Shown: positions 1-9,104, numbered from the stretch's first letter. The stretch: DNA of 64,000 bases from Chloroflexota bacterium (GCA_004297395.1 SCUO01000038.1:6154-70153), one strand, 5' to 3'. Made by a program: numbers and translations. The notes: generated by a model from the letters alone, not told the origin.

Positions 1-144
1 GCGGGCCGTTCGGAGCCTCGAGGGGCCGGATCGAGTCGCTGAGGTCGAGATTCGTGACTCCGAGTCACGATCGCGGGCCGTTCGGAGCCTCGAGGGGCCG
101 GATCGGGTCGTTGGGGCCGAGGTTCGTGACGCAGGGTCACGGCG
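1..144. repeat. Two tandem copies of a 72-bp unit at the window edge (array may continue upstream of the window)
   Basis: Units 1-72 and 73-144 align without gaps. The first 33 nt are identical (gcgggccgttcggagcctcgaggggccggatcg) and 61/72 positions match by manual alignment. Each unit carries a short palindrome: gtgactc-c-gagtcac at 54-68 and gtgac-gcagg-gtcac at 126-140. Confidence 0.8.
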
Positions 145-177
145 CCGGGTCCGCGCAGCCCCGGTCGCCGGGGTGCC

Positions 178-1107
178 CTAGCCGAAGCTCGGGTCGGGGA
201 CGGTGCGAGCCGGATCGACGAGATCCGGGTCGCTGGCACAGAACGTGTCGTGATCGGTGATGCGGCAGCCGTTTCGGAGCACGAAGGCGACCGCGGGATG
301 CGGCCCTGGCAGCGCGAAGGTGAGGCGGGCCTCGGGGGCCGGCTCGGGCGGCGAGATCCGGACCGCCGTGCTCCAGAGTGCTGCGACGAGCGCCGCCACC
401 GGGTCGGTGTCGGGAGCGATCGCGAGGTGGTCGAGCACCCGGCCCGGACCAATTCGCCCGTCCCGAACCGCGCCGACAGCGACGGGGCGCCCGTCGACCT
501 CGACCGCGAACGCCAGGCCGCCGGGCCGTGACGCCCAGTGCCGGTACTGGACGGCAAAGTCCCGGCCGCTCCAGGCGAGCTCGATGGCGCTCGCCGACCC
601 CGGGTCCAGCTGGCGCGAGGAAGGCCGGCCCCCGGGCCAGGCGTCGCCCCGGATGTCCGGGGCGGGCAGGCCCAGCGGGAGATCGAGGTAGAGGACCGGC
701 CAGAGCGGTTGCATCCCGGCTCGGACGTACAGCGTCAGGGCCCGCGGATCGGCCGAGCTGCTCGTCGTCCAGGCCGGGGCGTCGACCTCGAGCTGCAGCC
801 CCCGAAGGAGGTGCTTGCCGACGCCCTGACCGTGAACGGCCGGATCGACGAACAGGTCCGTGACGTGCGCCGCGGGGTGCCGCCCGCCGACGACGGCAGC
901 CCCGGCATAGCCCACGACCGCGCCGCCGCGCTCGGCGACGAGGAGGGCCGCCTCGGCCAGGAGGTGGTCCAGGTACAGGTAGCCGGGCCAGCGCGGAGCC
1001 GTCGTCGGCTCGTCGTTGGCGGCGGCGATCCGCTCGATCGTGGCGAAGTCATCGCGGCTCGCGGGGCGGATCCGGAACCCTGGGTCGGACATCACGCCAA
1101 CTATCAT
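178..1107 (-). CDS. GNAT-family N-acetyltransferase (two-lobed, ~309 aa)
   Basis: This is the C-terminal part of ORF 178..2472(-), starting at ATG 1107 (MIVGVMSDPGFRIRPASRDDF; ATG 1092 is an alternative). It has the acetyl-CoA loop VHGQGVGKHLL. The rest of the 764-aa ORF is antisense to pabB and is Arg/Gly/Pro-rich. Confidence 0.75.
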   Translation of the reverse strand: MIVGVMSDPGFRIRPASRDDFATIERIAAANDEPTTAPRWPGYLYLDHLLAEAALLVAERGGAVVGYAGAAVVGGRHPAAHVTDLFVDPAVHGQGVGKHLLRGLQLEVDAPAWTTSSSADPRALTLYVRAGMQPLWPVLYLDLPLGLPAPDIRGDAWPGGRPSSRQLDPGSASAIELAWSGRDFAVQYRHWASRPGGLAFAVEVDGRPVAVGAVRDGRIGPGRVLDHLAIAPDTDPVAALVAALWSTAVRISPPEPAPEARLTFALPGPHPAVAFVLRNGCRITDHDTFCASDPDLVDPARTVPDPSFG

Positions 1108-1113
1108 CGCAGC

Positions 1114-2601
1114 GTGATCCCGTCCCGATCGTCGCCGGCGCAGGCGACCAGCCTCCCGCCCGGTGTTCGATGCGAGCGCCTGCCCGAGCTCGATGCCGCC
1201 GCCCCGATGGACGTCGCGGAGGGCCTCCGCGATCTGCCCGGGCTGGCCCTCCTCGAGAGCGCCCGACCTGGCCGCAACGCCCGCTGGAGCTACCTGACGG
1301 CCGATCCGGTCGCGGTTCTCGAGGCTCCGGCGGACGGCCCCGACCCGTTCGCCACGGCCCGCCGCGTCCTCGCTCGCCTCAGTGCCAGCCGGATCCGGCT
1401 CGCCGACGCGCCGCCGTTCAGCGGCGGGCTCGTCGGCTACCTCTCGTACGACCTCGGTCGACGGCTGGAGCGCCTGCCGTCGATCGCCACGGCCGACCAG
1501 GAGCTGCCGCTCCTCCGCCTCGCGCTCCACGACTGGGTGGTCGCCTGGGATCGCCGGACCGGCCATGCCTGGCTCGCCGGCCGGGCCTTCGACGAGCGGG
1601 TCGGGCGACTCGACGAACGCCTCGACGACGTTGTCGCCCGGCTTCGCGCCGTCATCGAGGGCGACGGCCTCGATCCGCGCGTCCCGCGCTGGCCGGCACG
1701 ATCGACGGTCGATCCGCCCCGGGACCTCGAGCTCCGATCCGGTCTCGATCGAGCGGCCTTCGAGGCCGGCGTCGAGGCCGTCCGCGATGAGATCGCCCGG
1801 GGCGAGATCTACCAGGCGAACCTGACCCGCCGCCTCGAGGCCCCGTTCCGGGGCGACCCGTGGCTCCTCTACCGGCGCCTCCGGACCGGTGATCCGTCGC
1901 TCTTCGCCGCCTACCTCGACCTGGGCGCAAGCCCAGTCACCGGCGCCGGCAGGGCGATCGTGTCCGCCTCGCCGGAGCCCTTCCTTTCCCTCACGAGCGG
2001 AGGCCGGGTGGCGGCAGACCCGATCAAGGGCACCCGCCCAAGGGGTCATGACCGTGCCGCGGACAGGGCGTTGGCGCAGGAGCTCCTCGCCTCGGCCAAG
2101 GACCGGGCCGAGAACGTCATGATCGTCGACGTCCTTCGCAACGACCTCGGCCGGGTCTGCCTGCCGGGTTCCGTGCGGGTGCCCCGACTCTGCCGACTGG
2201 AGCGCACCGCTGCCGTCCAGCACCTCGTCTCGACCGTCACCGGCACGCTCTCGCCGGACCTCGATGCCTTCGGCCTGCTTGCAGCGTCCTTCCCGGGTGG
2301 CTCGATCACCGGCGCCCCCAAGATCCGGGCGATGCAGCTGCTGGAGGCCCACGAGCCCGTTCGGCGGGGTCCGTACACGGGCGCGGCCGGCTGGATCGGG
2401 GCGGACGGGGCGATGCAGACGAGCATCCTCATCCGGACGTTCGTGGCCGACGGTGCGCGCCTGACCCTCCACGTCGGGGGCGGGATCACCTGGCGCAGCG
2501 ATCCGGCTGCCGAGTGGGACGAGACCGTGGCCAAGGCTCGCGGACCGCTCTCCGCGATCGGCGCCCGGGAGGTCGGCGCGGGTCCCGGGGTGGCGTCGTG
2601 A
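1114..2601 (+). CDS. pabB: Aminodeoxychorismate synthase component I (chorismate-binding enzyme, PabB-like)
   Basis: Frame of ORF 538..2601. Motifs seen: YQANLTRR, SASPEPFL, DPIKGTRPRG, ENVMIVDVLRND, FPGGSITGAPK, RGPYTGAAGW. Start placed at GTG 1114 to include the region before LLESA; ATG 1207 is an alternative. The gene is followed by pabC with a GTGA overlap. Confidence 0.85.
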   Translation: MIPSRSSPAQATSLPPGVRCERLPELDAAAPMDVAEGLRDLPGLALLESARPGRNARWSYLTADPVAVLEAPADGPDPFATARRVLARLSASRIRLADAPPFSGGLVGYLSYDLGRRLERLPSIATADQELPLLRLALHDWVVAWDRRTGHAWLAGRAFDERVGRLDERLDDVVARLRAVIEGDGLDPRVPRWPARSTVDPPRDLELRSGLDRAAFEAGVEAVRDEIARGEIYQANLTRRLEAPFRGDPWLLYRRLRTGDPSLFAAYLDLGASPVTGAGRAIVSASPEPFLSLTSGGRVAADPIKGTRPRGHDRAADRALAQELLASAKDRAENVMIVDVLRNDLGRVCLPGSVRVPRLCRLERTAAVQHLVSTVTGTLSPDLDAFGLLAASFPGGSITGAPKIRAMQLLEAHEPVRRGPYTGAAGWIGADGAMQTSILIRTFVADGARLTLHVGGGITWRSDPAAEWDETVAKARGPLSAIGAREVGAGPGVAS

Positions 2602-3545
2602 CCGATGGTCCGGTCCACGTCTGGCTCGACGGCTCCATCCTCCCGGCCGACGGCGCCCACGTCTCGGCCTTCGACCGGGGATTCCAGCTCGGTGACGGCA
2701 TCTTCGAGACGCTCCGGGCGCGGGGCGGCCGGCTGACCGAGCTCGCCGAGCACCTGGCCCGCCTCCGGCGGTCGGCGAGCGGCCTCGATATCGCCCTTCC
2801 CGCCGACATCGATGCCAGCGTCACCGCCGGTATCCGCGATCTCCTCGAGGCCGAGGGCCTGGCCGGCCCCGCCGCTGATGCGTCCGTGCGCATCACCGTC
2901 ACCAGGGGCGCCTTCCGGGGCCGCGGTCTCCTGCCGCCGCCCGGCGCCATGGCCCCGACGATCGCGATCCAGGCCTGGCCCGTCGCCCCACCACCACCGG
3001 GCCACCTGACCGACGGGCTGCATCTCGTGGCCAGCGACATCCGACGCGACCCGGAGAACCCGCTTGCCACGCTCAAGACGACGAGCCGGGCCGACTACGT
3101 CCACGCCCGGCTCGAGGCCCGCCGGGCCGGCGCCGACGACGCCCTCTTCCTGACCACCGACGGCCACCTGTCCGAGGCCACCAGCGCGAACATCTTCCTG
3201 CTCCGGGGCGACGAGCTGGCCACGCCTGACCTCGCCTGCGCGATCCTGCCCGGGACGACCCGGAGCTGGATCCTGGGCTGGGCCTCGCGCGCCGGCCTGC
3301 GCCCGATCGAGGGCTGGCTGACGACGCGCGACCTGGCCGAGGCCGACGAGGCCTTCCTGTGCTCGAGCGTGGCCGGGATCCTGCCGGTCACGTCGTTCGA
3401 GGGCCGTCCGATCGGGGACGGCCGACCCGGGCCGATCACGCTCCGGGCCCGGGCGGAGCGAGAGGCCTTCATCCGGGGCGAGGCACCCCTGGCGACCTCG
3501 GGCAGCGATCCGGCCGCCGATCGCGACCCCGGGCTTTCTCCATGA
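2598..3545 (+). CDS. pabC: Aminodeoxychorismate lyase / fold-type IV PLP aminotransferase
   Basis: GTG 2598 overlaps the pabB stop. Motifs FDRGFQLGDGIFET, LKTTSRADYV and SANIFLL are typical of class IV aminotransferases. Its position directly after pabB favours ADC lyase. Confidence 0.75.
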   Translation: MTDGPVHVWLDGSILPADGAHVSAFDRGFQLGDGIFETLRARGGRLTELAEHLARLRRSASGLDIALPADIDASVTAGIRDLLEAEGLAGPAADASVRITVTRGAFRGRGLLPPPGAMAPTIAIQAWPVAPPPPGHLTDGLHLVASDIRRDPENPLATLKTTSRADYVHARLEARRAGADDALFLTTDGHLSEATSANIFLLRGDELATPDLACAILPGTTRSWILGWASRAGLRPIEGWLTTRDLAEADEAFLCSSVAGILPVTSFEGRPIGDGRPGPITLRARAEREAFIRGEAPLATSGSDPAADRDPGLSP

Positions 3546-3874
3546 CCCGGGGCGAGCTCATCGCCCGGACCGGCCAGCTCGTCGAAGAGGGCGTCCGACT
3601 CCAGGCGAACCCGTCGCTCGACGCCCTCCGGACGTGGCTCCAGCTGTCCGACGACCTGCTCTCGGCGGCATGGGGCAGCATGGACCGCTACCACCTCTCG
3701 TGGCTCCAGGTCGGTCGGCCGGCCTCGCGCGTCCGGGGTCGCCCGATGCGGGACGACGAGGCCGCCGCGTACGTGCGCGAGGTCGCGGCCGCCAAGACCG
3801 CGGTCCTGCGGATGAGCCTGGATGCCGTGGACCGGCTGGGCATGCCGTTCGTCGGCGAGACTCGGGGCGAGTAA
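3542..3874 (+). CDS. Hypothetical protein (110 aa), translationally coupled to pabC
   Basis: ATG 3542 overlaps the pabC stop (ATGA). Codon bias looks coding-like. I recognise no family. Confidence 0.5.
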   Translation: MTRGELIARTGQLVEEGVRLQANPSLDALRTWLQLSDDLLSAAWGSMDRYHLSWLQVGRPASRVRGRPMRDDEAAAYVREVAAAKTAVLRMSLDAVDRLGMPFVGETRGE

Positions 3875-3914
3875 GCCGCTCGCGCCACCGCCGGCGGCCC
3901 GGCAGCGGTCGGGG

Positions 3915-4355
3915 TCAGGCCGCCTTCTGCGACCCCTTGATCGTCGTCCCGTCGAGTCGATAGAGGTAGCACGAGATCTCGTGCCCGTCGTCCCAGCTCG
4001 ACTCGTCGGGCTGGAACCACCCGATTCCGAGGTCCGGATCGGTCTCGAAGTCCTTGCCGGTGTACGACTTGAAGGCCGGGAAGCAGGCCTGCGTGACCCA
4101 TGCCTCCATCTCCGCATCGGTCGGATACGCGGCGTCATCCCCGCCCGGGTAGTCGCCGATGAAGAAGACCTCGGCGTCGTGCTCGTCGCCGCACGGGTGA
4201 TGCTGGACGTCCTCGACGGTCTCGTCGAGGGTGGCCGGCTCATCGAAGCAGTCGCCAACCTTGAGCTCGGCCGCGTTGCCGCTCAGGAAGTCCCGGAAGA
4301 TGAAGCCGCCGATGAGCACGACCGCCACGATGCCGATGCCGATGAGGTTGCGCAT
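3915..4355 (-). CDS. Membrane-anchored septum-formation-family protein
   Basis: It has an N-terminal TM helix (IGIGIVAVVLIGGFIF) followed by VGDCF...HHPCGDEHDAEVF...C, a Cys/His pattern typical of the actinobacterial 'septum formation' domain. Confidence 0.65.
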   Translation of the reverse strand: MRNLIGIGIVAVVLIGGFIFRDFLSGNAAELKVGDCFDEPATLDETVEDVQHHPCGDEHDAEVFFIGDYPGGDDAAYPTDAEMEAWVTQACFPAFKSYTGKDFETDPDLGIGWFQPDESSWDDGHEISCYLYRLDGTTIKGSQKAA

Positions 4356-4364
4356 GGATCCCCC

Positions 4365-4955
4365 TCACACCGACCGGACGAAGCGCACCCGGTCCTCCGT
4401 CCCGTAATCGTAGCCGGGCACGGACGGCGTCCCGTAGAGATTCTGCGTGTCCGGCCCGATCTCGAGCCGGAAGCCGAGGGCCAGGTGGAAGGCGACCGAC
4501 CGCCGATTGCCGGGCCAGGTGATGGCATGGACCTCGTGCGCCCCGACCGCCCGGGCGTCATCGAAGAAGTGCTGGTACAGGCGGCGCCCCAGGCCCACGC
4601 CCCGGAGGTTCGGGTCGGCCGCGATCATGTGGCAGTAGGCGATGCTCGGATCGTCCGGCGAGTGGAAGCCGACGAGGAAGCCTGCCAGGCGGCCGGACTC
4701 GTCCTCGGCGATCCACGACGTCCCGGTGAAGTGCTGGAACCACAGCCGAGGGAGCAGCAGGTGGAGCGATCGGCCGTCCCACCAGTCATCGACCACCCCC
4801 ACGACCCTGAGGTAGTCGCCCTCCGTCGGGCGACGGAAGCTGATTGTTGCAGCCCGCTCGATCCGCGCCGGGTCGGCGGGCGGGCGGGGCGCGCCGGCCT
4901 GTCCGGCAGCGGCACCCGTGGCGGCAGGTCTGGCGTCACGATCGCCGGTGCTCAC
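4365..4955 (-). CDS. GNAT-family N-acetyltransferase (~196 aa)
   Basis: It has the acetyl-CoA loop LRGVGLGRRLYQHF. GTG 4955 overlaps the stop of the upstream membrane-protein gene (GTGA at 4952-4955). Confidence 0.7.
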   Translation of the reverse strand: MSTGDRDARPAATGAAAGQAGAPRPPADPARIERAATISFRRPTEGDYLRVVGVVDDWWDGRSLHLLLPRLWFQHFTGTSWIAEDESGRLAGFLVGFHSPDDPSIAYCHMIAADPNLRGVGLGRRLYQHFFDDARAVGAHEVHAITWPGNRRSVAFHLALGFRLEIGPDTQNLYGTPSVPGYDYGTEDRVRFVRSV

Positions 4956-5602
4956 GAGCCGGACCGGACGGGTCCCGCGCCCGCTCCCCAGGCCGCCGCG
5001 ATCGCGGCGATGACCGCCTCCGCGGGAATGTACGGCCCGAAGACGGACCAGAGGTAGTCGAGCGGGCCGAGCACCCCGCCCTCGAGGCGTCCGTAGGCCC
5101 ACGTCCCGAGGGCCGCGATGGCGATCGTGAGCAGGGCCAGCCCGACGGCCGCGCGGACGACCCGGGCCCGAGGCAACAGTGCGGGTGCGACGCCGTCAGG
5201 AGAGACCGCGACGCCGGCCGCCAGGAGGCCGATCGCGGCACCGCCGATGCCCGCGATTGCGAGCAGGCCCTGCTGCTCGGCGAGCACCGCCCCTACGACG
5301 ATGAGCACCACGGCGGTCGCCAGCGCGGCCCCGGCCGCGGGGAGGAGCGCCCGAATCACCGTGCCGCGACCGACCGGACCGGCAGCCGGCCGGCCGGACG
5401 CACGATTCCCAAGGCCAGGCCCCGACGACGTCGAGGTCGGCGTCGCCGAGTACCGGTCCGACGGTGGTCGAGCCAGCCGTTTCCCAGAGAGACCGTCCGG
5501 CGGTCGCTCCCCGGGTTCCGGTCGCGCGATCACCCGGGGCTCCCGGCGCGGGTCGGGACCGGAGCCTGCTGCTTCGTCGAGGTTGCCGCTCATCGTCGGC
5601 AT
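4952..5602 (-). CDS. Hypothetical integral membrane protein (~216 aa)
   Basis: ATG 5602 (MPTMSGNLDEAAG). The C-terminal half contains several hydrophobic helices (ALLPAAGAALATAVVLIVVGAVL, LLAIAGIGGAAIGLLAAGVAV, AAVGLALLTIAIAALG). The upstream part of ORF 4952..6160 is antisense to gene 5730..6176. Confidence 0.55.
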   Translation of the reverse strand: MPTMSGNLDEAAGSGPDPRREPRVIARPEPGERPPDGLSGKRLARPPSDRYSATPTSTSSGPGLGNRASGRPAAGPVGRGTVIRALLPAAGAALATAVVLIVVGAVLAEQQGLLAIAGIGGAAIGLLAAGVAVSPDGVAPALLPRARVVRAAVGLALLTIAIAALGTWAYGRLEGGVLGPLDYLWSVFGPYIPAEAVIAAIAAAWGAGAGPVRSGS

Positions 5603-5729
5603 CGTAGCCGCCGGCGACGGGGTCGGAGCCGGGGCCGGCGTCCGTCCACCGGTCGAGGGACGCGGGGGATCGGGCGCGCTAGACTTCGGCTTCGTGAGCC
5701 ACCCATCGCTCGGCCTGCCACCGCCCGAC

Positions 5730-6176
5730 ATGACCGCCGGCGAGCCCGCGGCTGCCGCGGCCGTGACCGCCGCCCGCGGGCGGCTCGCGATCCGCTCCCT
5801 TGAGATCGCCCTCGACGCGGACCCGACCTTCCGGGGCCGATACGCCGACCTCGCGCTCCGAGAGCTCCTGTCCGATGCCGAGACGATGGTCGACCGCCTT
5901 GCCGACGCGATCGGGTCAGGCGATCCCGCCGTCCTGGGGCGCTGGGCCGAGCAGGTCGCGCCGCGGTATCGCAAGCGCGGCGTGCCGATGGACGACGTGA
6001 TCGGGATCGCCGAGGGTCTGCGTGCCACCGCCGCGACCGTCATCGCGCCGGGCGCCCAGCCCGCCGTGGATGCCGCCATCGACGCCGCCGTCGCCGCGCT
6101 CCGCTGGCACCGCCGCCTCGGCGGCGACGCCCGGAAGCGGAACCCGGTCATCGCCTTCATCTACAAGGGCGCCTGA
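5730..6176 (+). CDS. Hypothetical helical protein (148 aa)
   Basis: ATG 5730 in the frame of ORF 5118..6176. The composition looks helical and soluble (LEIALDADPTFRGRYADLALRELLSDAETMVDRLADAI). No family recognised. Confidence 0.5.
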   Translation: MTAGEPAAAAAVTAARGRLAIRSLEIALDADPTFRGRYADLALRELLSDAETMVDRLADAIGSGDPAVLGRWAEQVAPRYRKRGVPMDDVIGIAEGLRATAATVIAPGAQPAVDAAIDAAVAALRWHRRLGGDARKRNPVIAFIYKGA

Positions 6177-6196
6177 GCGATGGCACCGACCGCGCC

Positions 6197-6514
6197 ATGA
6201 CCATCAAGTGGGTCCAGACCGATCCCCTCGTCATGAACGGCGAGCCGTTCTGCTACGGCTCGCGGCTGACGGTCCGCCAGCTCCTCGAGCTGCGCCGGAA
6301 CGGCTACACCCTGACCCACCTCATCAAGGACCACCCCGAGCTCAAGCGCATGGGTGTCGCCGCCGCCTACGCCTACGCGGCCGACCATCGCGAGCGCTAC
6401 GCCGAGTTCTTCGAGCCCGACGGCTCGCTGGCCGGCCCAGGCCTGACCGCCGCCGAGGCCGCCGGCCTGCCCGAGCCGTACCAGGCCGCCGGCGTCGTGG
6501 TGAAGTCCGTCTAG
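6197..6514 (+). CDS. DUF433-domain protein (antitoxin-like HTH), no partner gene found
   Basis: DPLVMNGEPFCYGSRLTVRQLLELRRNGYTLTHLIKDHPELKRMGVAAAYAYA matches the DUF433 pattern (G-P-x-G-x-R-x-V..ll..G.s...i..yP.l....v.aA..ya). Confidence 0.7.
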   Translation: MTIKWVQTDPLVMNGEPFCYGSRLTVRQLLELRRNGYTLTHLIKDHPELKRMGVAAAYAYAADHRERYAEFFEPDGSLAGPGLTAAEAAGLPEPYQAAGVVVKSV

Positions 6515-6667
6515 CCTCGCCGCCAACGTCGGCGTCGAATGACGTCACGCCAAGCGAGGCCATCGTGCTCTGTCTCGGCGATCGACCCAGCCCCCAGGCT
6601 CGGGCAACCGCGTTCGTTACGGACGGCCCTTGTGGGCTGAGCGGGCAGCTCCGCACCATCGCGAGCT

Positions 6668-7066
6668 ATGCCGGTTTGTCCGACCTGCAAACGTTGGCTC
6701 GTCCGTCGTGACCTCGTGGTCGCGGACGGTGAGGTGCCAGACGCCACTCGCAATCGGTGTCCATACGACGCAGCCGTCGTAGACATGGACGCCCCTCTTC
6801 CCGCCGACGGCGGGCCGCTCCTTGGGTTGAAACCCACTCCGCCACCGAAGACGCCCTTGCTAGAAAGCCTCACAACAATGTTGGCCGTGGCTGCCCTCTT
6901 CTACGTGGTGGTCGGAGTCTGGCTTGTCGGGCCGCTGTTCGTCGTCGCGGCCATCGCGTGGGCCGCTACCGGGAGCACGGTGTTCTTGGCCGCGTGGTTG
7001 GTCCTCGCGGTGATCCTGGGTGGGCTGGCATTCTTCATGCGGCCGGGCGACCCGCCCAAGGAGTGA
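6668..7066 (+). CDS. Hypothetical membrane protein with N-terminal CPxC...C motif
   Basis: It starts MPVCPTCKRW...RNRCPY and has two or three C-terminal TM helices. It lies in a patch that is visibly less GC-biased than its neighbours. Confidence 0.45.
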   Translation: MPVCPTCKRWLVRRDLVVADGEVPDATRNRCPYDAAVVDMDAPLPADGGPLLGLKPTPPPKTPLLESLTTMLAVAALFYVVVGVWLVGPLFVVAAIAWAATGSTVFLAAWLVLAVILGGLAFFMRPGDPPKE

Positions 7067-7443
7067 GGTCGCCGCAGAGCGACTGGGGCCGCTCCTATGT
7101 CATCGACTCTCACTGCAGGCATCGGTCGAGCTCTTTGGCGACCGCATCGACGCCGGCTTCCAGCACGTCGAAGGCTGGGTCCCCCAGCGGCTGGTCACGG
7201 CGACCGGCCCGAATCCTCTGCCGCGGTGACAACGTCCGCGTTGACGGGCCCCGCCTTCAGGTGACCTGGCGGCACGCCTGGCCACGGGGATCAGATACAA
7301 GATCTCTGCTCCTGCAGGGGAGCGGCCTTCGGGGGGGGGTACAGGCGGGTCTGCATGAAGCACCTCGGTGCGGCTCCCGGGCACGATCCCACGCCGATGC
7401 CTGCACAACCCGCCCGCCGGCGGGCAGGTGCGATGATCCGGTC

Positions 7444-8007
7444 ATGGCCGAGGAGATCTTCCCTACCGTCTCCCTCGAGATCGACGGCATCGTCCTTCGC
7501 CCGCTCACGGAGGCCGACGCGGCGCCGATCGCGACCTGCTGCACGGACGAGCTCATCCAGCGCTGGCTGCCGCTGCCCAACCCGTACACGCTCGACGACG
7601 CCCGGCAGTTCTGCCTGGAATTGGCGCCCGGCCAGCAGGCGAGCGGGAACGGCGTCGTGTTCGGGATCGAGGTCGGGGGCCGCCTGGCGGGCGTCATCGA
7701 TCTCAAGCGCACGGACTGGCGTGCCCGGACGACCGAGATCGGCTACTGGGCGGCGCCCTGGGCGCGCGGCCGGGGCGTCATCCGCCGGGCCGTCTCGCGG
7801 CTGTCGCGCTGGGCCATCGAGGACCTGGGATTCGTGCGGGTCGAGATCCGGGTCGCAACGGAGAACGTCGACTCGCAACGCGTCGCGGAGGCCGCGGGCT
7901 TCGTGAACGAGGGCGTCCTCCGCAACGCCGGCTACATCCACGCCGGTCGGGTCGATCTCATCGTCTATTCGTGCATCGATGCTGATCTCGGCGGGGAAGG
8001 GGCCTGA
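7444..8007 (+). CDS. GNAT N-acetyltransferase, RimJ/RimL-like
   Basis: ATG 7444. Motifs LRPLTEADAAPI, IGYWAAPWARGRGVIRRAV and RVEIRVATENVDSQRVAEAAGF are typical of the RimJ/L subfamily. Confidence 0.8.
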   Translation: MAEEIFPTVSLEIDGIVLRPLTEADAAPIATCCTDELIQRWLPLPNPYTLDDARQFCLELAPGQQASGNGVVFGIEVGGRLAGVIDLKRTDWRARTTEIGYWAAPWARGRGVIRRAVSRLSRWAIEDLGFVRVEIRVATENVDSQRVAEAAGFVNEGVLRNAGYIHAGRVDLIVYSCIDADLGGEGA

Positions 8008-8083
8008 ACTCAGCCAACCCCTCGATCCGGCCATCCGGGGCGCTGGTGGTACGCTCAGCAACAAGCACCGGAGCGCCCCACGC

Positions 8084-8425
8084 ATGACCGACACCGCCGA
8101 CACCAGCCAGCCAGCCGCCGCAGCCGCTGCACCCGCGTTCGATGCCGAGCGCCGGGCGACCGAGCTCGCGATCCTCGATGCCCTCCGGGCCGTCGTGGAC
8201 CCGGAGATCGGGATGAACGTCGTCGAGCTCGCCCTGATCAAGCAGATCCTGCTCGGCAAGGACGAGACCGAAGTCAAGATGATCCTCACGACGCCCTTCT
8301 GCCCGTACGCGGGATCGATGATCCAGCAGGTTCGCGAGCAGGCCGAATCGGTCGTCGATCACCCCGTCAAGGTGACGCTCCTCGCCGAGCGGTGGGATCC
8401 CCGCGACGCGGGGCTGATGTGGTGA
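8084..8425 (+). CDS. DUF59/MIP18-family Fe-S assembly protein (SufT-like)
   Basis: ILDALRAVVDPEIGMNVVELALIK...TTPFCPYAGSMI matches the DUF59 signature, including the conserved Cys. Confidence 0.75.
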   Translation: MTDTADTSQPAAAAAAPAFDAERRATELAILDALRAVVDPEIGMNVVELALIKQILLGKDETEVKMILTTPFCPYAGSMIQQVREQAESVVDHPVKVTLLAERWDPRDAGLMW

Positions 8426-8435
8426 CCCGCCGCCA

Positions 8436-9104
8436 GTGACTGCACGCTCTCCGATCGACTCGGCTGTCGCCACAACCAAGGGCGACGACGGCACGACCGG
8501 GCTCCTCTACGGCGGCGAGCGGATCGCCAAGGACGATCCCCGGACCGAGGCCTACGGCACGATCGACGAGGCCGTCGCGGCGCTCGGCCTGGCCCGGGCG
8601 AACCTCGGCGCCAAGCGCCGGATCGGGACGCTGTCGCCGGCCCTCGGCGGGCTCGGTGAGCTCATCCTCCGGCTCCAGCGGGAGCTTTTCGTCGTCGGCG
8701 CCGAGCTGGCCACGAACCCCGAGGCATGGGATCGGCTCGAGGACGGCCGGACCCGCGTCTCGGCGGCGATGGTCGCCGACATCGAGACCCTGCTGGTGGA
8801 GGCCGAGGCCTCGATCACCCTCCCGACCGAGTTCGTCGTTCCCGGCGAGACCGTCACCAGTGCCGCCCTGGAGCTGGCCCGCACGATCCTCCGCCGGGCC
8901 GAACGGCGGGCCGTGGCCCTCCGCCGGGCCGGCCAGGTGCCCGGCGACAACCTGATTCCGTATCTCAATCGGCTGGCCGACCTCGTCTGGGTCTTGGCAA
9001 GAGCCGCCGAATCGGCAGAATCAAAGCTGGCGACACCCGCCCGGCGTGGACCGCGTCCGGGCCCGCGCTCGCGGCCCGCCGACGCCACAGGAGGACATCG
9101 ATGA
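8436..9104 (+). CDS. ATP:cob(I)alamin adenosyltransferase, PduO/MMAB type
   Basis: TKGDDGTTGLLYGGERIAKDDPRTEAYGTIDE, LQRELFVVGAELA, FVVPGET and RRAERR are hallmark PduO-type motifs. The start is GTG. Confidence 0.85.
   Translation: MTARSPIDSAVATTKGDDGTTGLLYGGERIAKDDPRTEAYGTIDEAVAALGLARANLGAKRRIGTLSPALGGLGELILRLQRELFVVGAELATNPEAWDRLEDGRTRVSAAMVADIETLLVEAEASITLPTEFVVPGETVTSAALELARTILRRAERRAVALRRAGQVPGDNLIPYLNRLADLVWVLARAAESAESKLATPARRGPRPGPRSRPADATGGHR

Noticed and set aside
1-144. A possible CRISPR array, because the 72-bp period resembles repeat plus spacer spacing.
   Set aside because: The 'spacer' halves of the two units are themselves ~75% identical and align colinearly, so the whole 72 bp is one repeat unit. 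Only two copies are visible and no cas genes are present.
178-2472. A 764-aa minus-strand ORF as a single gene.
   Set aside because: Only the last ~309 codons look like a real protein (GNAT). The rest is Arg/Gly/Pro/Ala-rich and exactly antisense to the motif-rich pabB gene, which is the typical shadow ORF of high-GC DNA.
5118-6176. A single 352-aa plus-strand ORF or a single 402-aa minus-strand ORF (4952..6160) covering this interval.
   Set aside because: Each long ORF is convincing only in one half. The minus ORF has TM helices in its 3' half (4952..5602). The plus ORF has a balanced, helical composition only after ATG 5730. The complementary halves are low-complexity shadows, so two divergent genes were called.
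7331-7339. The G9 homopolymer as a phase-variation switch for the downstream GNAT gene.
   Set aside because: The tract lies ~105 nt upstream of the start, not between recognisable -35/-10 elements or inside a coding frame. Nothing else supports phase variation, so it is mentioned only as part of the atypical patch.
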